From assembly GCA_047495785.1 (NCBI GenBank), contig JBLDXI010000013.1, positions 2,232,001-2,296,000 on the forward strand: a DNA stretch of 64,000 nt, read 5' to 3'. Below are positions 50,013 to 64,000 of the stretch, piece by piece. The notes below the pieces were generated by a model. It did not search any database. It had not been told where the DNA came from and was given only the letters and a program-made list of their open reading frames with translations. Every line of letters begins with the position of its first letter. Within the stretch, counting starts at the first letter, position 1. The DNA is from Lepidodermella squamata (taxonomy: Eukaryota > Animalia > Gastrotricha). The position numbers and the translations under genes were made by a program.

Positions 50013-50504
50013 ATGTCTGAGTATTTTAAAATTTAATTCGAATCTTATCAGAAATTTTTAATTTAATTATATGTGATAAACAAAAAATCCATTTTTTGCG
50101 ATCGAAAAAGGTTTCTTTTTAGCTTTTTGGCAGCGATGATGCGAGATGCGACTTTCGTTTTCGAGCTTCTGAACACGCCTCCGCGTTTATGGGCGTAGAC
50201 ATGGGACATGGGTGGCTCCTCTACCTCTAATGGCCGGAGCATTCCAGTGGCGGCGATACGGAGTTACTAGATTTTTACCCCGGTGAAATCGAAACTTGCA
50301 CGAGAGATAACGTTACCCTTCACCGGTTGTCGTTAGCTTACTTCGAGATCATTATCATTCTTTGATGTTTTGGTCGCGCCCTATTCACTCTGAGCGTCGG
50401 CCCATATTTTCCTTGCCGATTCACTACCCTTCTACCCAAAGGTCCATTGGTTAGATGCTAGATGCTAGATGAAAGAATGTTCGTTCCTTGGGTAGAATTT
50501 TATA

Positions 50505-51296
50505 ATGACTGATGCTCGCAGAATATTGGTAAATCCTCGTCAACGTGGCAACCCTATTTTGGCATGCGCAACGAACGTTCCGTATGAATTTACCGAGATC
50601 GCTGCTGACTACCAAGTTGGAAAGTCAACGAGTGTTTTCTTTTTAAGCCTTCGATATCATGCACTTAAACCTGAATACATTCATGACCGTCTCAAGGAGG
50701 CTGGCAGACTAGCGAACTGCACCATCCTACTTTTACTCGTTGACTCGAAAGATCTCGATAATCTTTTTAACGAAATAAACAAGCTATGCGTTATTGCTGG
50801 CATTTCACTAATCATGGCGTTTAGCAACGAAGAGGCGGGGCAGTACTTGGAACTTCTCAAGCTCAATGAAACGAAACCTCCTGATGCATTGATGGGAAAG
50901 CGCCCCACCGACCAGCTCAGTGCTGCTGTCGATTTTCTCACCTCGATTAAACCGGTTAACAAGAGTGACGCCCTCGCTCTGATAAAAGCATTTAAGACGT
51001 TGAACAACATTCTTCTTGCCGACAAAAAAGCTCTAAGCATAGTTCCTGGCTTGGGACAACGTAAAGTTGATGCCCTAGTCAAAGCTCTTCACAATGATAA
51101 TGCTGACAGCTCAAAGCAAACAGTCATGTCACAGTTTTTCTCAAGTCAGGGCTCCACGAAAGAAACATCGGCAAATGCAGCATCTAGTTCTGGCAGCGAT
51201 CTGCCTGTTATTGATGAATCGACAAACTCATCTTCTGTTGTCGATGCAGATCTTCTCGCTGCGATCGCAGATGACGATTTCGATGAAGATAATTAG
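50505..51296 (+). CDS. ERCC1: DNA excision repair protein ERCC1
   Basis: ILVNPRQRGNPIL..VPYEF..ADYQVG..FLSLRYHALKPEYIHDRL..EEAGQYLELLK..HhH motif PGLGQRK; intronless. Confidence 0.95.
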   Translation: MTDARRILVNPRQRGNPILACATNVPYEFTEIAADYQVGKSTSVFFLSLRYHALKPEYIHDRLKEAGRLANCTILLLLVDSKDLDNLFNEINKLCVIAGISLIMAFSNEEAGQYLELLKLNETKPPDALMGKRPTDQLSAAVDFLTSIKPVNKSDALALIKAFKTLNNILLADKKALSIVPGLGQRKVDALVKALHNDNADSSKQTVMSQFFSSQGSTKETSANAASSSGSDLPVIDESTNSSSVVDADLLAAIADDDFDEDN

Positions 51297-52025
51297 TAAA
51301 TTTTGTAATTTTTGGGCTATTTTAACCCATCTAGGTTTCATTAATTTTATTAATTGCCATGGGGAAACTGAGCACTCAGCAGCGTCTCGACATATGCCGA
51401 AAATATTTTTTCAGTAAGTATATAAATTGAATTGCTATAATGTTTTATACATATTTTTTCAGTCGGATTCCTATTCCTCCCTCTTGTTTGGGTGATTAAC
51501 GTTTGTTGGTTCTTCCGAGACGCGTTTATGTCGCCCCCTTCAACGGAACAGTCCCTAATCAGAAAATGTTTGTTTTTATTTAACATTATCGACAAGAAGA
51601 ATGAACAAATCACCCATTTATATAGATGTATCCGGTTCTTTCATCGGGGCTTTGATTTGGCTAGTCGCGTATTTCACATGGATTGGTGTCTACCAAACAA
51701 ATCGTCTCAACTGGCTGCCTTGGGTCGATTCCATAACGCTCATCTTTCCCGCCGGTCGTCTTTAAGCTTAAAAGTCGTGACTTTTGCACGTTAAATTTTA
51801 ATGTATTCGATTTATATCGCGAGTGATTTTCGGAAAGAAAAAAATAAAAGATCAAGTCATGAATTTGAAAATGGTTTTCATCTATGAGACACGACGTATG
51901 AAAAGGGACCTTATAGTTTTCTGCCGCGTCAGACTTCAGGGGTGACAAGAACAATCGACTTGATCAAATTTTCTTTCTCTGGCTTGGATAAGGGCCCTTT
52001 TCATACGGTGTTTATGGTTCAGTTC

Positions 52026-54436
52026 CTATGGTTCGGCTGGCCGGGCAGGTTTTTCTTCTTCTTTTGTGCAACAGCTGCTACAAGTGAAAAATGGCGCCTT
52101 GCTGACTCGAAACACCAAAACTATGTAGGCAATCAACCTGAACCCAACAAAAAGCGCCGCCAGTGCAACGTAATCTCTGAGATAATTTTCCTGTGAGAAA
52201 AAAGGAAATTGAACAGCTTCAAGAAAGTATTTCCCGAACGCACTCTCTTGAAACTGTAGCTGTTAATGACCTCTTTTCCGTCTTTGAAGCAGCGGCTGGT
52301 TGTTTCCATGCTTCCGCCTTGAGGATCGTAAGGATTAGGGTTGAATCGACGGTATTCACATCTGACAATAATATAATAATAGTGCCATAAAAAATTAAGG
52401 TTTCAGGATGCCTTACTCTATGTAGCCATAATCGTCCCACTGATTGACGTTCAATATCTCAATCCCGTATTTGAACCACGAAAGATACTGCAACCAGATG
52501 AAATAGACAGGTACAGATCTGAAATAAGTTGCAGTGTAACGGGACCGAATTTTTAGAAGTCTTTTAAATCGTACGAATCGTTCAAGAGAAATCCACCGAA
52601 AAGCATTAGAGGCAGAGTGACAGGGCCAGACAACGCTGTTGCTATGGTAACATCTCCGGCGGCGCACGATATCATGTAGGCTATAATGAATATATCGTTA
52701 TATCGAAGCTTAGTTGTGGGACATAGAAACGTCACCGAATGAAATCACAGCGTGCGTTATCAAGATTGCAGTGAAAAGGAAAATAAAGAAGGCCTGGGCG
52801 TCGTTGCGAAGACCGACCATCCAGTATATAATCTGAAATCAGGCACGTAAAAACTTCGAAAATTGAATGAGTTTGGAATACCGTGGAAAAAATTGCAGAG
52901 AAGAGGATGAAGAAAGGAAAGTCGATCATAGTTTTGCACAAAAAATAGACGCCAACGCTATACATGCCATTCAAATGGTCTCGTTTTAAAATCGGTATTT
53001 CCAGAGGAAAGGTCTGCGAAAATCATTCGAAGTAAAAATCCACCGATAAAATAAAACTTTTTTACCGAAATAACTGCGAAAGAGAAACCGAATGTACTGT
53101 AAGCTACTACGACGAAAATGGCTCCATTGATATTTTGGATAGCTTTTTGATTATTTTTCTGTTGCAGGTAAACGAGCCCTGGAAATGCCAAATGTAGTCT
53201 TTCAATCATTGGAATAATATATGAAGATCACCGATGAAAACTCCGATTACAATCACCTGAACCAGTTGAACCCAGAACATCGCTGCGTTTCGCATTTTTG
53301 TTATCCAAGATCTGGTTGATAAGTAAAGTGGAAAAATATCAAAGAAATCGCAATTTGTTACCTCCAAGCAACGTATCGAAGCTGAGTGAAAAATCCAGCT
53401 TTGTATGTATCTTGACTATCGAAATCTTCACTAGCCACTTGAGCAGAACTGTCTCCTAAATCAGCTTTCTGCCTCGAATTCTCGTACGTATTGCAAATCC
53501 GCTATAATTCGAACAACAACTTTTCAAGAAGAACCTCAAATTATCGATTTTGTTTACATTAATAACTTCAATGGATTCTTCCTCCTTGCCAGGTATGACG
53601 GACAGCGTGTAGATAAAGTGATCAGCCGGATTGAAACTTGGCGGACAAACGTGACCGGCCCTTGCGAAAAAATCGGCCGCTTTTCCAGTCGGTCCCATAA
53701 ACGCAACTCTGCCTCGGGCTAACAACAGTAAATTATCGAAAAGCGAAAAGATTTGCGATGACGGCTGATGAATCGTGCATAAGATGGTTCTTCCTTTCCC
53801 AGCCATGATCTTCAGAGTTTGCACTACACTTTCAGCCATGTAAGAATCAAGGCCTGAAGTCGGCTCATCGCAAAACATTATCGACGGATTCGTTAGAACT
53901 TCCGAGGCGAATGAAAGTCGTTTCCTTTCACCACCAGATAGAGATTTTACTTTATCAGGCTCCCCTATAACAGTATCTTGGCATTTCACCAAGTTCAAAT
54001 CCGATAAAACTTCGTCAATCCTTTTGAGGCGTTCGGTCTTATTCAGACTACTATCCATTCGCAGCATTGCCTGAAACCAAAGGTGCTCACGAACTGTCAA
54101 TACACCTATAAATAGATCATCCTGTTGGACGTAGGCCGAAACTTTCGACATCAGTTTGCTTGTTGCGAGCTGACCATTGACTCTGACTTGCCCTGAAACT
54201 TTCAAATTGCCAGTGGTTCGCTGGGTCAATACGTTGAGAAAGGTCGTTTTCCCAGCTCCACTCGAGCCCATGATTGCCAAAACCGACCCGGGTTGGGCGG
54301 ATCCTGATATTTCGTTAATTATCAGCTTCTCGTTGGTTTGATCACTGCTATCTACCTGTGTCGGTGGGCAGCATAGCCGCCGTTTCGAAGGCAAGCTAAC
54401 CTTGAGATTTTCCCAGCTAAGCGTTAAACCAGCCAT
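52026..54436 (-). CDS. ABCG half-transporter of the white/scarlet type
   Basis: Walker A GSSGAGKTT, AYVQQDDLF, LSGGERKRLSFASE, CDEPTSGLD, TIHQPSS, NPAD; TMD exons (QNINGAIF; LPLMLFGGFLLN; WLQYLSWFKYGIEILNVNQW); last exon ends PARPAEP* at 52026. Confidence 0.92.
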
Positions 54437-54793
54437 AATTAATTATGAAAAGAAAAATCGCAGAGTCGCTTAAAAGTAGGTTATTTCGTGATTTTGAGGA
54501 AAGGAAAATCGATAACAGGTTGGCCGTCGTACAAGTTCGTGACTGCGAAGTGCGTCGCCATGGCGGCACTTGGGAATAAAAGAGAATAAAATCAAGTTTG
54601 AACCTGAAAAATTTATTCTGCGCACATGTAAAAAAAAATAAGTAAAATTTCTTCATTCAACAGTTGATGCAAATTCTAAAGGCAAGTGATGATCGTAAAT
54701 TCAGCAATCAGCAGTCATCCTGATTTATTAGTAAATTTTGTCACTATCGTTGAGCCGAGGTTCAGTTTACAGCTGAAATGCGGGAAGCTCTTT

Positions 54794-56840
54794 TCAAGAA
54801 GTGGATAAATGGTATCGTTGTCCGGATTCAGGGTATAACTGTCTACGCTCGCAACCGGCCGACGATTGCTTGGAACGCTTGATTGAGCATTGTCAGCAGT
54901 TGCATTTGTTAATTCCTAAATAGATCCACGAAAAATTCTATAAAATTCTATTCCAAATTTGAATAATTACCGATTCATTATTGCTGTTGAAGGGACTGTC
55001 ATAAGTTTTGCGACACAGTCTGACCGTTGCAAGCAAAATGAACACAAGACCCATCCCCATGACAAAGTACGGGGTAAAACGCGAAAAGGCCATAGCTGGG
55101 TAAATCATGTATGTAATCTGATCGAATATAACTTGCTGAATTCGAGCCTATTTAGAAAATAATAAGTATTCAAATTGAACCTATCTCGAAATAACTTACT
55201 GTTTCATTGACCCAAAATACTGGAAAGACCGTGGTTTTTCCATCACGCATGTTCGGCTTCAGGTTAATGTTACCAGCTTTAGTAAGAAACGATTGCCTGA
55301 CTGGGAAATACATCATTAAACGCTTGTCGACATCTATCACAGCACCTGAACAAAAAATCTCAGATTTATTTTAAGAAAATTAAAAAAATTACCGGTGTAT
55401 GGATCGATGTGCATCTGCGTCTCATGCTCGTGCTCGTTCGGATTGAGACCGGTGAATACAGAGCCTAGCAATGGGTCGGAGTCATAGAAATGCGGTTTCC
55501 CCATGTAAGTAGGCTCCTTGAAACAAGCAGTTTCGTCCATAAGGCCAACAGGTGGGCAGTCAGGTACGCAAAATCCACACTGCTTTTCGTCATCAGGGCA
55601 CGGAATAGAGGCGTTTCTCGGAGGTTTGTACAAAAAAGTAGTCACTCCATCTATAATTTTCAAAAAAATATTTGAAGAATAATTCGGCCATTCAAGGCTG
55701 ACCTATTTCATCTTTGTAGTTGAACTCAAGTTCTGAAGATCGGCACAAGTCACCGGCGTAAATTTTGATGCTTTCGCTCTCTTCGAGAAAAGGATGGAAA
55801 CCGTGGCCAATGGTTCCTTCGATGCGATTCGCCCAGGGCGTGGCCCAGACATTCATTATTGGCTGACCATTGAAATGCGTCACCTCAGAATACCGATTGA
55901 TATCATTCTCACCTGTCTCCATGGTATAAAGCCCGTTAGCAGTCCCGTTTCGGTTCCAAAATAACCCGACTCGCGGTGGGACAGACTGTCCACCCCATTT
56001 CGCGAGTTTCTTAAATTTTTGCAGGAAAGGATCGACGTAGCCGTTGAATAACAAATCATTAACTGTATAAGTCTTGAAAATAGATCGTTGTTGCTTGCTG
56101 AACAGCTCGTCGGCAATGTCGAACAAGCCGAGAGACGGAAGCACGGTAGATACGAGGAAGGAGTTGGCACAATTCGGCGTACTCGAATTCGGCCCGTGGC
56201 AACGCGAAAACTGATCCGACATGCCGGCAACGACTAGATCCAGCGTTGTGACTTTGTCGCTCAATTTTCGCTTGCCTGATCGCTTTTGGTCCCAGAAGTA
56301 GAAAACCGGCTCGTAGAAAGACACAGTACCATTACCGTGATAAGTAACATTCAATTTGCGTCGCAGTTCCCTAAAAAAATTCGAGAGTAAAATTCGAGAA
56401 ATTTTAGGATTTAAAAGCCTAAAGAAATTGCAACCTGGAAAAGGACAGAAGCTTTTTTACTCACCCAAACACATAAGGGCCCTGGTTGACCAGATTCTAA
56501 AATTAAAAATGAATTTCACTAAAAATTGATATAACGTATTTTGACCTACTGGCTTTTCGATTCCAAGCGCTGCCGCTTCAGGATTTGTCACATTCATCAG
56601 GTAGATTTCGAAGAAGACATCAGCTGGCGGATGAGTCCAAAGCTTGAAAGTTGGCGAATCGCGGCGAATTTTCAGGCCTTCAGCGATGAAAGAACGAACG
56701 AAGCTTTGCAGAGTGAAAAAGCTGACGGCGCCAGCTGCCAGTAGGAAAATGCCAATTATTAGTAAAATGTAACTGCAGGCGATTTCCCGCCGCCGGCTGC
56801 CATCAATCGCTACAGCCTTCGACCCACAACATCCACGCAT
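54794..56840 (-). CDS. CD36/scavenger receptor class B (SCARB/LIMP-2-like), paralog A
   Basis: N-terminal TM; WTHPP..IYLMNVTNPE; GPYVF; RIEGT.G..FHPF; DLCRS; GKPHFYDSD; HETQMHIDPYTG; FPVFWVNE; C-terminal TM and tail ending 54794. Confidence 0.9.
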
Positions 56841-59834
56841 GCTGATACGACTCTAGCTCACCATAGTTCGCTGAGTTTAGAATTCATGATAGAATTTCTA
56901 CATTTAAATTCAGGAAATATTCGTGGTATTAAAATTTGCATTTTCAATTGCGAATGCGCTAGCATAATATTATTAAGAAAGACAGGCTTGTTTCTCAGGT
57001 ATGTCAGCATATAAAAAAATATTTTCACGGCAGATTACCTTGACATTTCAGTACCTAGTTTCTACTCATAATTATACCATCTGCTGTGTATGCGATAAGG
57101 CTGGCCCTATTTGTTTCATTCAAATGCCTGATGCTGCTTTCGAAAAGCACGTGAGGAAAGTCACCCTTTGTATTCATTGCCTAAGCCATTTTCCGTCCGG
57201 ACAGAAAGGGCACATTTTCGAGCACCTATTTTCGGTGAATACACCTCCTCGGGGAGTGCAGCCGAAAATTTGCCCGACTTGCAAATTTAATAAGTATATA
57301 TCGCATCTCGCAAAAACAATATCTATTTCGCCGTGATATATCATGTTTCAAAGGTGTGGCGTGTGGGCGGCGCCTGTTCAACGGATGCAAAGCGGGGGAC
57401 GCGATATAGTCCTTAACTCGACTATCATGGTTGACTCTTTACCCACGTCTAACTTATGTCACCAGCGGGGGCACTAAAAATATATGTATGAGAGGACAAC
57501 GCCCCCGAACGGATGTACTACGTCGGTTTCAAGACAAATAAATCTATGATCTATGAATGTCAACCATCACTACAACCAGCAATATAAGAAAATAAGAAAA
57601 AGAGCAGACAGAAGGATTGGTTAAATGAAAAAATACAACATATTTTTAATGATTAACTGACGGGATTTAAAATGAATTTCAGCCATAAATACTGCTATAT
57701 GGGCCAATGAATTGAATGAATAAAATTGCTGAGCTATAGGTATGCGATCCCGCGATTATTCGCCGCCTCCCCGAGATTTACAAGATGTAAACAGCGTAAG
57801 CTGCCAGCACCTGAGAACATTTTAATAACGCGTTGGTGCCATGCATATAATACCCGTCGCTGATGATTATGATGATGGCAAAAAAAACGAGCCATAAGAG
57901 CACGCGAATCACGCCACCTTGTTTGCGCCACTCCGCGCCACTATGAAGACGCGCAGTCGCGCGTTTGTTTGTGTACACCACTTTGCTGCCCAGATTTGCG
58001 AATTACCTGTCTACAAGTGGAGAAGATATTCTTTGTCCGCGGCTACGTTGGTGTGTACTTCAGCCGTACAAATTCATGTCAAAAGTCACGTGTAAATGTC
58101 TATTGACAGACAAATTTCGCAAAGAAAAAATAACGACGCGGACTTGTTCCTGATTTTTCCAGTATAAAGACGCTTTCACGCTGGTATCGAGGGCTCGCGT
58201 CAATAGCGCCAATGTTTATTCTTCGCACCGGGCTGCAATTATGCGAAAAATTGAAAAGTTGCCTGGCTACGTAAATGGGTCGTTTTCTAAGAAAAATTGC
58301 CCGCAAATTAGTGATACTCACTTGAGGACATCAATTCAGTTTGAACCATCTTGAATATTCGGTCAAAAAATATATGAAAATAGATATAATTTTAGAAAAT
58401 TAGCGTATCAAAGGACTTTGATAACGTTCGTAACAGGTATCAGCACAATTCCAACGTGTTTAGAAGTTTCGCACTCGTGTATTGCTAGCACTCAGCGTTT
58501 AAATTGAAGCCTCTCTTGTTTGTTTTATTATGTGAGTCTGATACGGGGACTGTGTAAAAACCGTCACCTAACTAAATATTAGCACTCACAGATCGAACTG
58601 GTGTCATTTTTTTACGAGAACTCACTTGTACTCACTGTCGTTCAGGAAGTATCTAATCCCGAGGTATACAGGTCAAATATAACGAATTTTTTTGCGAAAT
58701 GAATCATGTTTTTTTATTCATTGATTGTTCCATCGTTTCAATTTTATAAACAATAATAGCATCATATTATCATTTCAACAACAAGGTTAATATAGAATAT
58801 AACAGACATTTTAATGAGACGCGACGGATGAAAGAGACCTCTCAAAATTTGAGAAATATGCCCAGTCAATTTAGACCTACTTTCACGCGTCATGTCCCAT
58901 TTTTTAAACAAAAAAACATTAACACGACCTTGGCTGTATGTCGTAATGGACGAGTATCGTGATCAGCTCGAATCGAATTTTTTTTCAATTTTCTTACATA
59001 TATTTATATCGGAAAAATTCAGGACGATCGCGCGGGTAACAGAACAGGTACAATGGAAGATTAAGGTGGGTTTGTTATTCATCTGAAAATTCGTGATTTC
59101 ACCTCACTATTTATAGTATTATCATTCAAACGAGAGTTGACATGCAAGTTAATATCAGAGATTTTTATCAAAGTATAAACAACAACTACCAGTTCAAAGT
59201 CACAGTGTCTGCGAAACTAAGCTCGCTGATAACTGTTGTTATTGTTTTCAAGGCGTATTATCAAGAAGGCACGCACGCCAACGCAGACAAGTTTGCACCA
59301 TTTTAAAGAACCTTTTTTCCTGCATTTCACCTCACAACACATGTTTGTGAAAAAAACAGACAGATTGAAGCGACATCAGTGGTCCCTAACAGTTTTGTTT
59401 CATAGAAAAGTCATGGATGAAAAACCCGGAAAAAAATGATTGGGATATAATAATTGAACCTCGACTGAAAGACAAATCGTCGATTATTTTTGTTGAACGA
59501 AATGACAACATTTGAAAAAAACACGGAAATACTATGGAAGATACAGCACTATTTTGAAATTATTGAAATGAATGGCGAGGATTATTTTCGTCAGCTATTT
59601 CTATAAGGTGGCCTCGTGGAATTTGTGCACATCATCAGCAATATTCGTATTATTGTTCCAGATTTTCGATAAACGCATCTCTAAATTAAATCAGCAGCGA
59701 GATGGGAGTAGCTTGTGACAGTATAAAATTTCGTCCAATTGCACAACATTCAGGAATTCAGCGCATATTTTGCTTCCCGACCATAACATTATTACCAAGT
59801 GTAAAGACTAGAACAGTGAAAAATCGACGTGAAA

Positions 59835-62287
59835 CTAAGCGTTCGAAGCACTGGTCGATTCGGTTGGCGTCGGTTGTTCGGAGGTCGAACTGAGTAGGGC
59901 GTCGCCTGAGCTGGCGTTTTGACTCGAATTTGCGACTCTGGTCTCGACCGGAGTGATTGAAGACACGTTGGACGGGTTGCGCGAGTGGCCCGTCTGAGCA
60001 CCGCGATGCACCTGCGACTTGTGGTAGATGACTTCGCCGTCGGGTGGCCGCAGCACCGGCATCACCGGCTCCGGGGAGCCCATCATCCCAACGGGTGATT
60101 TCATTGAAAGCCCGCCCGATTTCCTCACATCGCTATATTCATATCGCACGCCGTGGCCCTAAAAATTGACAATCAATAGTAGTTACTTTCGCCACTGAAT
60201 TACTGAGACCTACGGTCAAGTACTAAAATCAATATCCTAAATCCTAAATTGAACCTTGACCTTGAAATTGACGGGAAATTTATTTCATTCGAGTATTTTA
60301 AAACCAATAAAATAATTGCATTGAATCGATTTGATCGCTCATCAAATCCTAGCTTATACAATTTTGTCTTTTTCTTCTAGATCAAATATGCCGCACATAG
60401 AAAATACATGGTGCCTATGCTTTGTTTTCTTTATCCCTATAAATAGTCCAAACAGGTGCGCAGCATGCGCTTTTTACCGTAAGGAAAAATACGCTAGAAA
60501 AACCTCATAATGAGTGCAAATTTTCTTTTTTTTCCGCCGTAGGCAACAAAATACAGTGTGGGAATTATAAAGAGGGCGCGACTTTTCAATGTGTAAGCAA
60601 GAAAATTACCTGAGCTTGCCGACAGAAGCCCCACAGTAAGAGGCATGACGATACTACAGTAATAGCGATGCCTGTTGCTACGAGTAAATGAGGCACGATT
60701 CGGGCCGCGGCCATAGCTGGGTAAGCTTGATTCCTAATTTGATTCAAAACTGCATCGTGTACCATGGCCTAGACACATTAATTATAGCATATCACAAGGG
60801 TATTCATGAGCTAAATAACGTACCGTTTCGTTGACCCAAAACATTGGAAAAGCAGTTGTACCGTCAGCCATATTTGGGGCAAGTCGAATATTACCAGCTT
60901 TTGAAAGGAAAGACTCACGAAAAGGAAAAATCATCTAAAAACCAAATTAAATCGATCAACATCAGAGTCGGATATCAATGTTACCATCAGACGTTTTGAA
61001 GCGGATATAACAGAGCCAGTGAGCGGATCGATATAAAGATATGTTTCATGATTGGAACCATCGGGTTTGAGACCTTCGAAAGCTTCGCCGAGCCGTGTAT
61101 CGGCGTGCATGAAATGCGGTTTGCCCATCAAGATAGGCTCACCTATGCACGCAGTTTCATTGAGCAAACCTTCGGGCGGACAATCGGTAGTATCCGGCGT
61201 GCAGAAACCTTCCTGATCAGGGTTTATTGGCCACGGGTAGCTCGACTCCCTTGGTGGTTTGTACCGGTAGGTTTCGACCCCTTCGATCATCACAGTTTCA
61301 TCATATACCAGCTCAGATGAACGGCACAAATCCCCCGCGAAAATCACAAGATTGTCCTGCGGTTTTAAAAACGGCCTAAACGCGTTCCCAATCGTCCCAT
61401 TCATCATGTTGGCATAAGGCGTTGACCAAGCCTCCATTTTTGTCATATCTTTATATGCAATGATGTGCTGATAGGCTGTCATATTGCCCTCGCCTGAAAA
61501 GACGCGGTACCATCCATTCGCTGTCCCATTTTTGCCTTCAAACAGGCCAACGGATGTTCGCTCTTTCTCGCCCATCATCGCGGCGAATTTACTCATTTTC
61601 ATAAGAAATGTGTCGTTATGTCCCCATAACAATTCGCCAACGGTATATTCTTTGAATATGGATCGCTTCTGAACATTAAACAGCTCGTCAACAAAATCCA
61701 GACCAAGACTTGGCAGAATGTTTTGAACAGCGTTGCGCATCATGCAATCGGTTCCGCCATAACACCGTGAAAACTTGTAAGACATACCAGCTATTACCAG
61801 GTCAAGTTGTGTGACTTTGTCAGTAAGAGGACCAATAGACCGTGATCGATCGAACGCATAATATATTGGCTCAGAAAATGTAACGGTTTTGTCGCGATGA
61901 AAAGTGATATTGTTTTTCTTGCGAGTTTCTCTAAATACGTAAGGTCCTTGGTCGACGAGATGTGGTTTGGAAATTCCCAAAGCTGCTTCTTGAGGATTAG
62001 TAACATTCATGAGGTAAATTTCAAAGAAAATGTCAGCAGGTGGATTTGTCCTAAATATCACGTTATATATGACTTATTTAGGTCAAATAACGAAGTACAA
62101 ACCATTGTCTGAAGCTCTCAGAACTTGGCCTCAGCACTAGAGCATCCGCAAGTTTTGTTCTAACAATGTTGTCCAAGAAGAATATGCTTCCCACTCCGAT
62201 TCCAAAAACACAGAGACCGATAAATAACAGTAAATACAAGTACCAAGAAGTGGACAATTGGCTGTTGGGCGAGCCAAAACAGCCCAT
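59835..62287 (-). CDS. CD36/scavenger receptor class B, paralog B, with extended C-terminal tail
   Basis: MGCFGS..TM; TNPPADIFFEIYLMNVTNPQE; DQGPYVFRE; MMNGT.G..FRPF; DLCRS; GKPHFMHAD; IDPLTG; TM exon ~60768-60610 joins in phase 0 to last exon ~60158-59835. Confidence 0.88.
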
Positions 62288-63402
62288 ATCTGCAAAATGA
62301 TAGCGAGAGATAATAAATTTCAATTCGAAATCCTCGAACCAACCTTTCATTTTCGTTTTCATGTCTCAGCTAAAGTAATGTCACCCTCATAATAAAGTTG
62401 AGGCGACCTACTAAAACATAAACGTCCCTATCAGTCAGTAAACAAGACGGGTAAATAACACAATACTACTCCAAGAGCATAATCGAAGATAATTTTAAAA
62501 TCTTAAAGCAACAAGCATGAAGGATGTCGATAGGTAAGTATGAGAAGTTACAAGATTGCAGCATACTTAATTAGTAAAGAAGTGTTGCTCCTCGCGATTC
62601 AAGTAAACGCACTTGGGACTCAGAGAGGGCGGTACGGTATGCGAGCACCGAGTGAAAAGCAGTAACAGGCAATAGAAAACATGTTTGACAATGAAGAGTT
62701 GTGATTCCTGACATTCAGAGTACTCCTTACTACCTAGGCGTTAGGACAACACTACAACCTGACAAAAGATCAACAAAAATCTCGGCTGTTTTTGTTCTCG
62801 ATTTGAAAATGAATTTGTTATGAATTGTTGCCTTAAACAGCTTATATGACTATTAGCTAAATTTAAAAAGGTCTAATTAGGCTTCCTGGGCATAATAATA
62901 AAAAATAGTCTTTTCACGCGACCTTGACGCCAATGATCAAAGTAACGGATTTGTTTTCGGGCCAATTTTTTTCTCTGTTGCAAAAGCCATCCAATTTAGG
63001 CCTGGCTGTGATCATCTGTGATCCGGCATCTGGGCTGTTCAATGTGGAATCTGAGTTTTCAAGTGACAAATATTCTCGCCTTTTCCATTTTTTTGGAGAG
63101 TGATGTTAAAAATAAGCTATCGCTGTTATCTCTGCGATTCCTTTCTCATTTCTCAATCAGCTATTTACCCTTCCACTTTTTCGCCATAAGTCAACTGTGA
63201 AAATCGAGTTACGTCTGCCGTCTGCAGTTATCCACCTTTGTCTATCGTCTACATTAAATCTGCATTGCACGACTAACAGAGCCGCTTTGACTGTATTTAG
63301 TGTGAATGAAATTGTTGATTAGGGATGCTGTCTTTTACGGATGCTTACTCTTTTGCTTCATGTTTGTGTAGGTTGTGATTTTTAGTTGATGAGGGTCGCC
63401 AA

Positions 63403-64000
63403 ATGAAGCCTGCTGCTCTTCCTGACGAGCGCTCTAGAGGTCATCGAGATCTGCTGGTGACTTCGGACGCTGGCTACTTCGGAATAACGATTAGTAACGA
63501 AAGTCCCGCTGTCGTTGACAACGTGAAACCAGGTAATTATCGGTTCTGTGACGGCATTCGTCCACTGTACACTTTTGTCTATTTAGGTGGACCTGCTGAT
63601 AATGCCGGTTTACGAAAAGGAGATAAAATTGTATTGGTGAACAGTATTGACGTGACTGGTCAAAGTCACAAGGCTGTTGTTGAGCTTATTAAATGTAATT
63701 TTGAAAATTCCTCCCCTCTCTATTGGATCTAAATTTTTGTTACTTCAGCACATTCCTCGGTGACTCTGCGGGTGGTCAGCACACTGGCACTAAGCTCAGA
63801 TGGCGTTTTTTCAGAAAAAGCTCCTGAAATTGCATCTATTCAAGTTCCTCCAGTTGCTCAGCCGCATCCCGGTTCGATCAAATCAACAGCTGCTCATTCT
63901 GATCATCCAGAGACAGAAGTAACTGACTCAGCAAGTACCGGTGGTTTGCTAAAGTCAGTCAAACGTTGGGGCACATTTCATGCACCAAGGTATGTATGAA
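63403..64000 (+). CDS. PDZ-domain protein (3' end outside window)
   Basis: GYFGITISNESPAVVDNVKPG|GPADNAGLRKGDKIVLVNSIDVTGQSHKAVVELIK, with introns at ~63532-63586 and ~63694-63748. Confidence 0.8.

Noticed and set aside
50120-50470. GC-richer island between TTC25 and ERCC1 as snoRNA, U3, SL or telomerase RNA, or a small ORF
   Set aside because: Only fragmentary box-like matches, no CCCTAA template, and a ~59-aa ORF without homology; an Rfam scan would be needed.
57001-59440. Short ORFs between the two CD36 genes
   Set aside because: No family motifs or consistent splice structure; treated as intergenic/UTR.

Overview
Gene-dense eukaryotic (animal) DNA with many ~50-60 nt GT-AG introns. Temptin-like and chitin-binding/LamG genes suggest a compact-genome lophotrochozoan (inference). 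Order: a tandem cluster of four LDL-receptor/LRP-like genes (two with a TM helix and short tail, two ending in a GPI-like hydrophobic tail) with a giant NB-ARC-ankyrin gene after the first; a 5.7-kb nest of non-autonomous mobile elements between LRP-like genes 3 and 4; a secreted-protein cluster (ChtBD2-LamG with an intronic Tc1/mariner-type element, temptin-like, two paralogs with a galaxin-like Cys motif); an intronless orphan; two TTC25/ODAD4 paralogs with a C-terminal PLAT-like domain and X-box promoters; ERCC1; a white-type ABCG; two CD36/SR-B genes; and the start of a PDZ gene. The most striking unexplained signal is a pair of long hairpins (22947-23360) predicted to fold on the + strand only, with periodic tandem G.A mismatches, a shared extrahelical G and a compensatory base change, suggesting single-stranded recombination/replication substrates. 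Exon boundaries were read by eye and are approximate.
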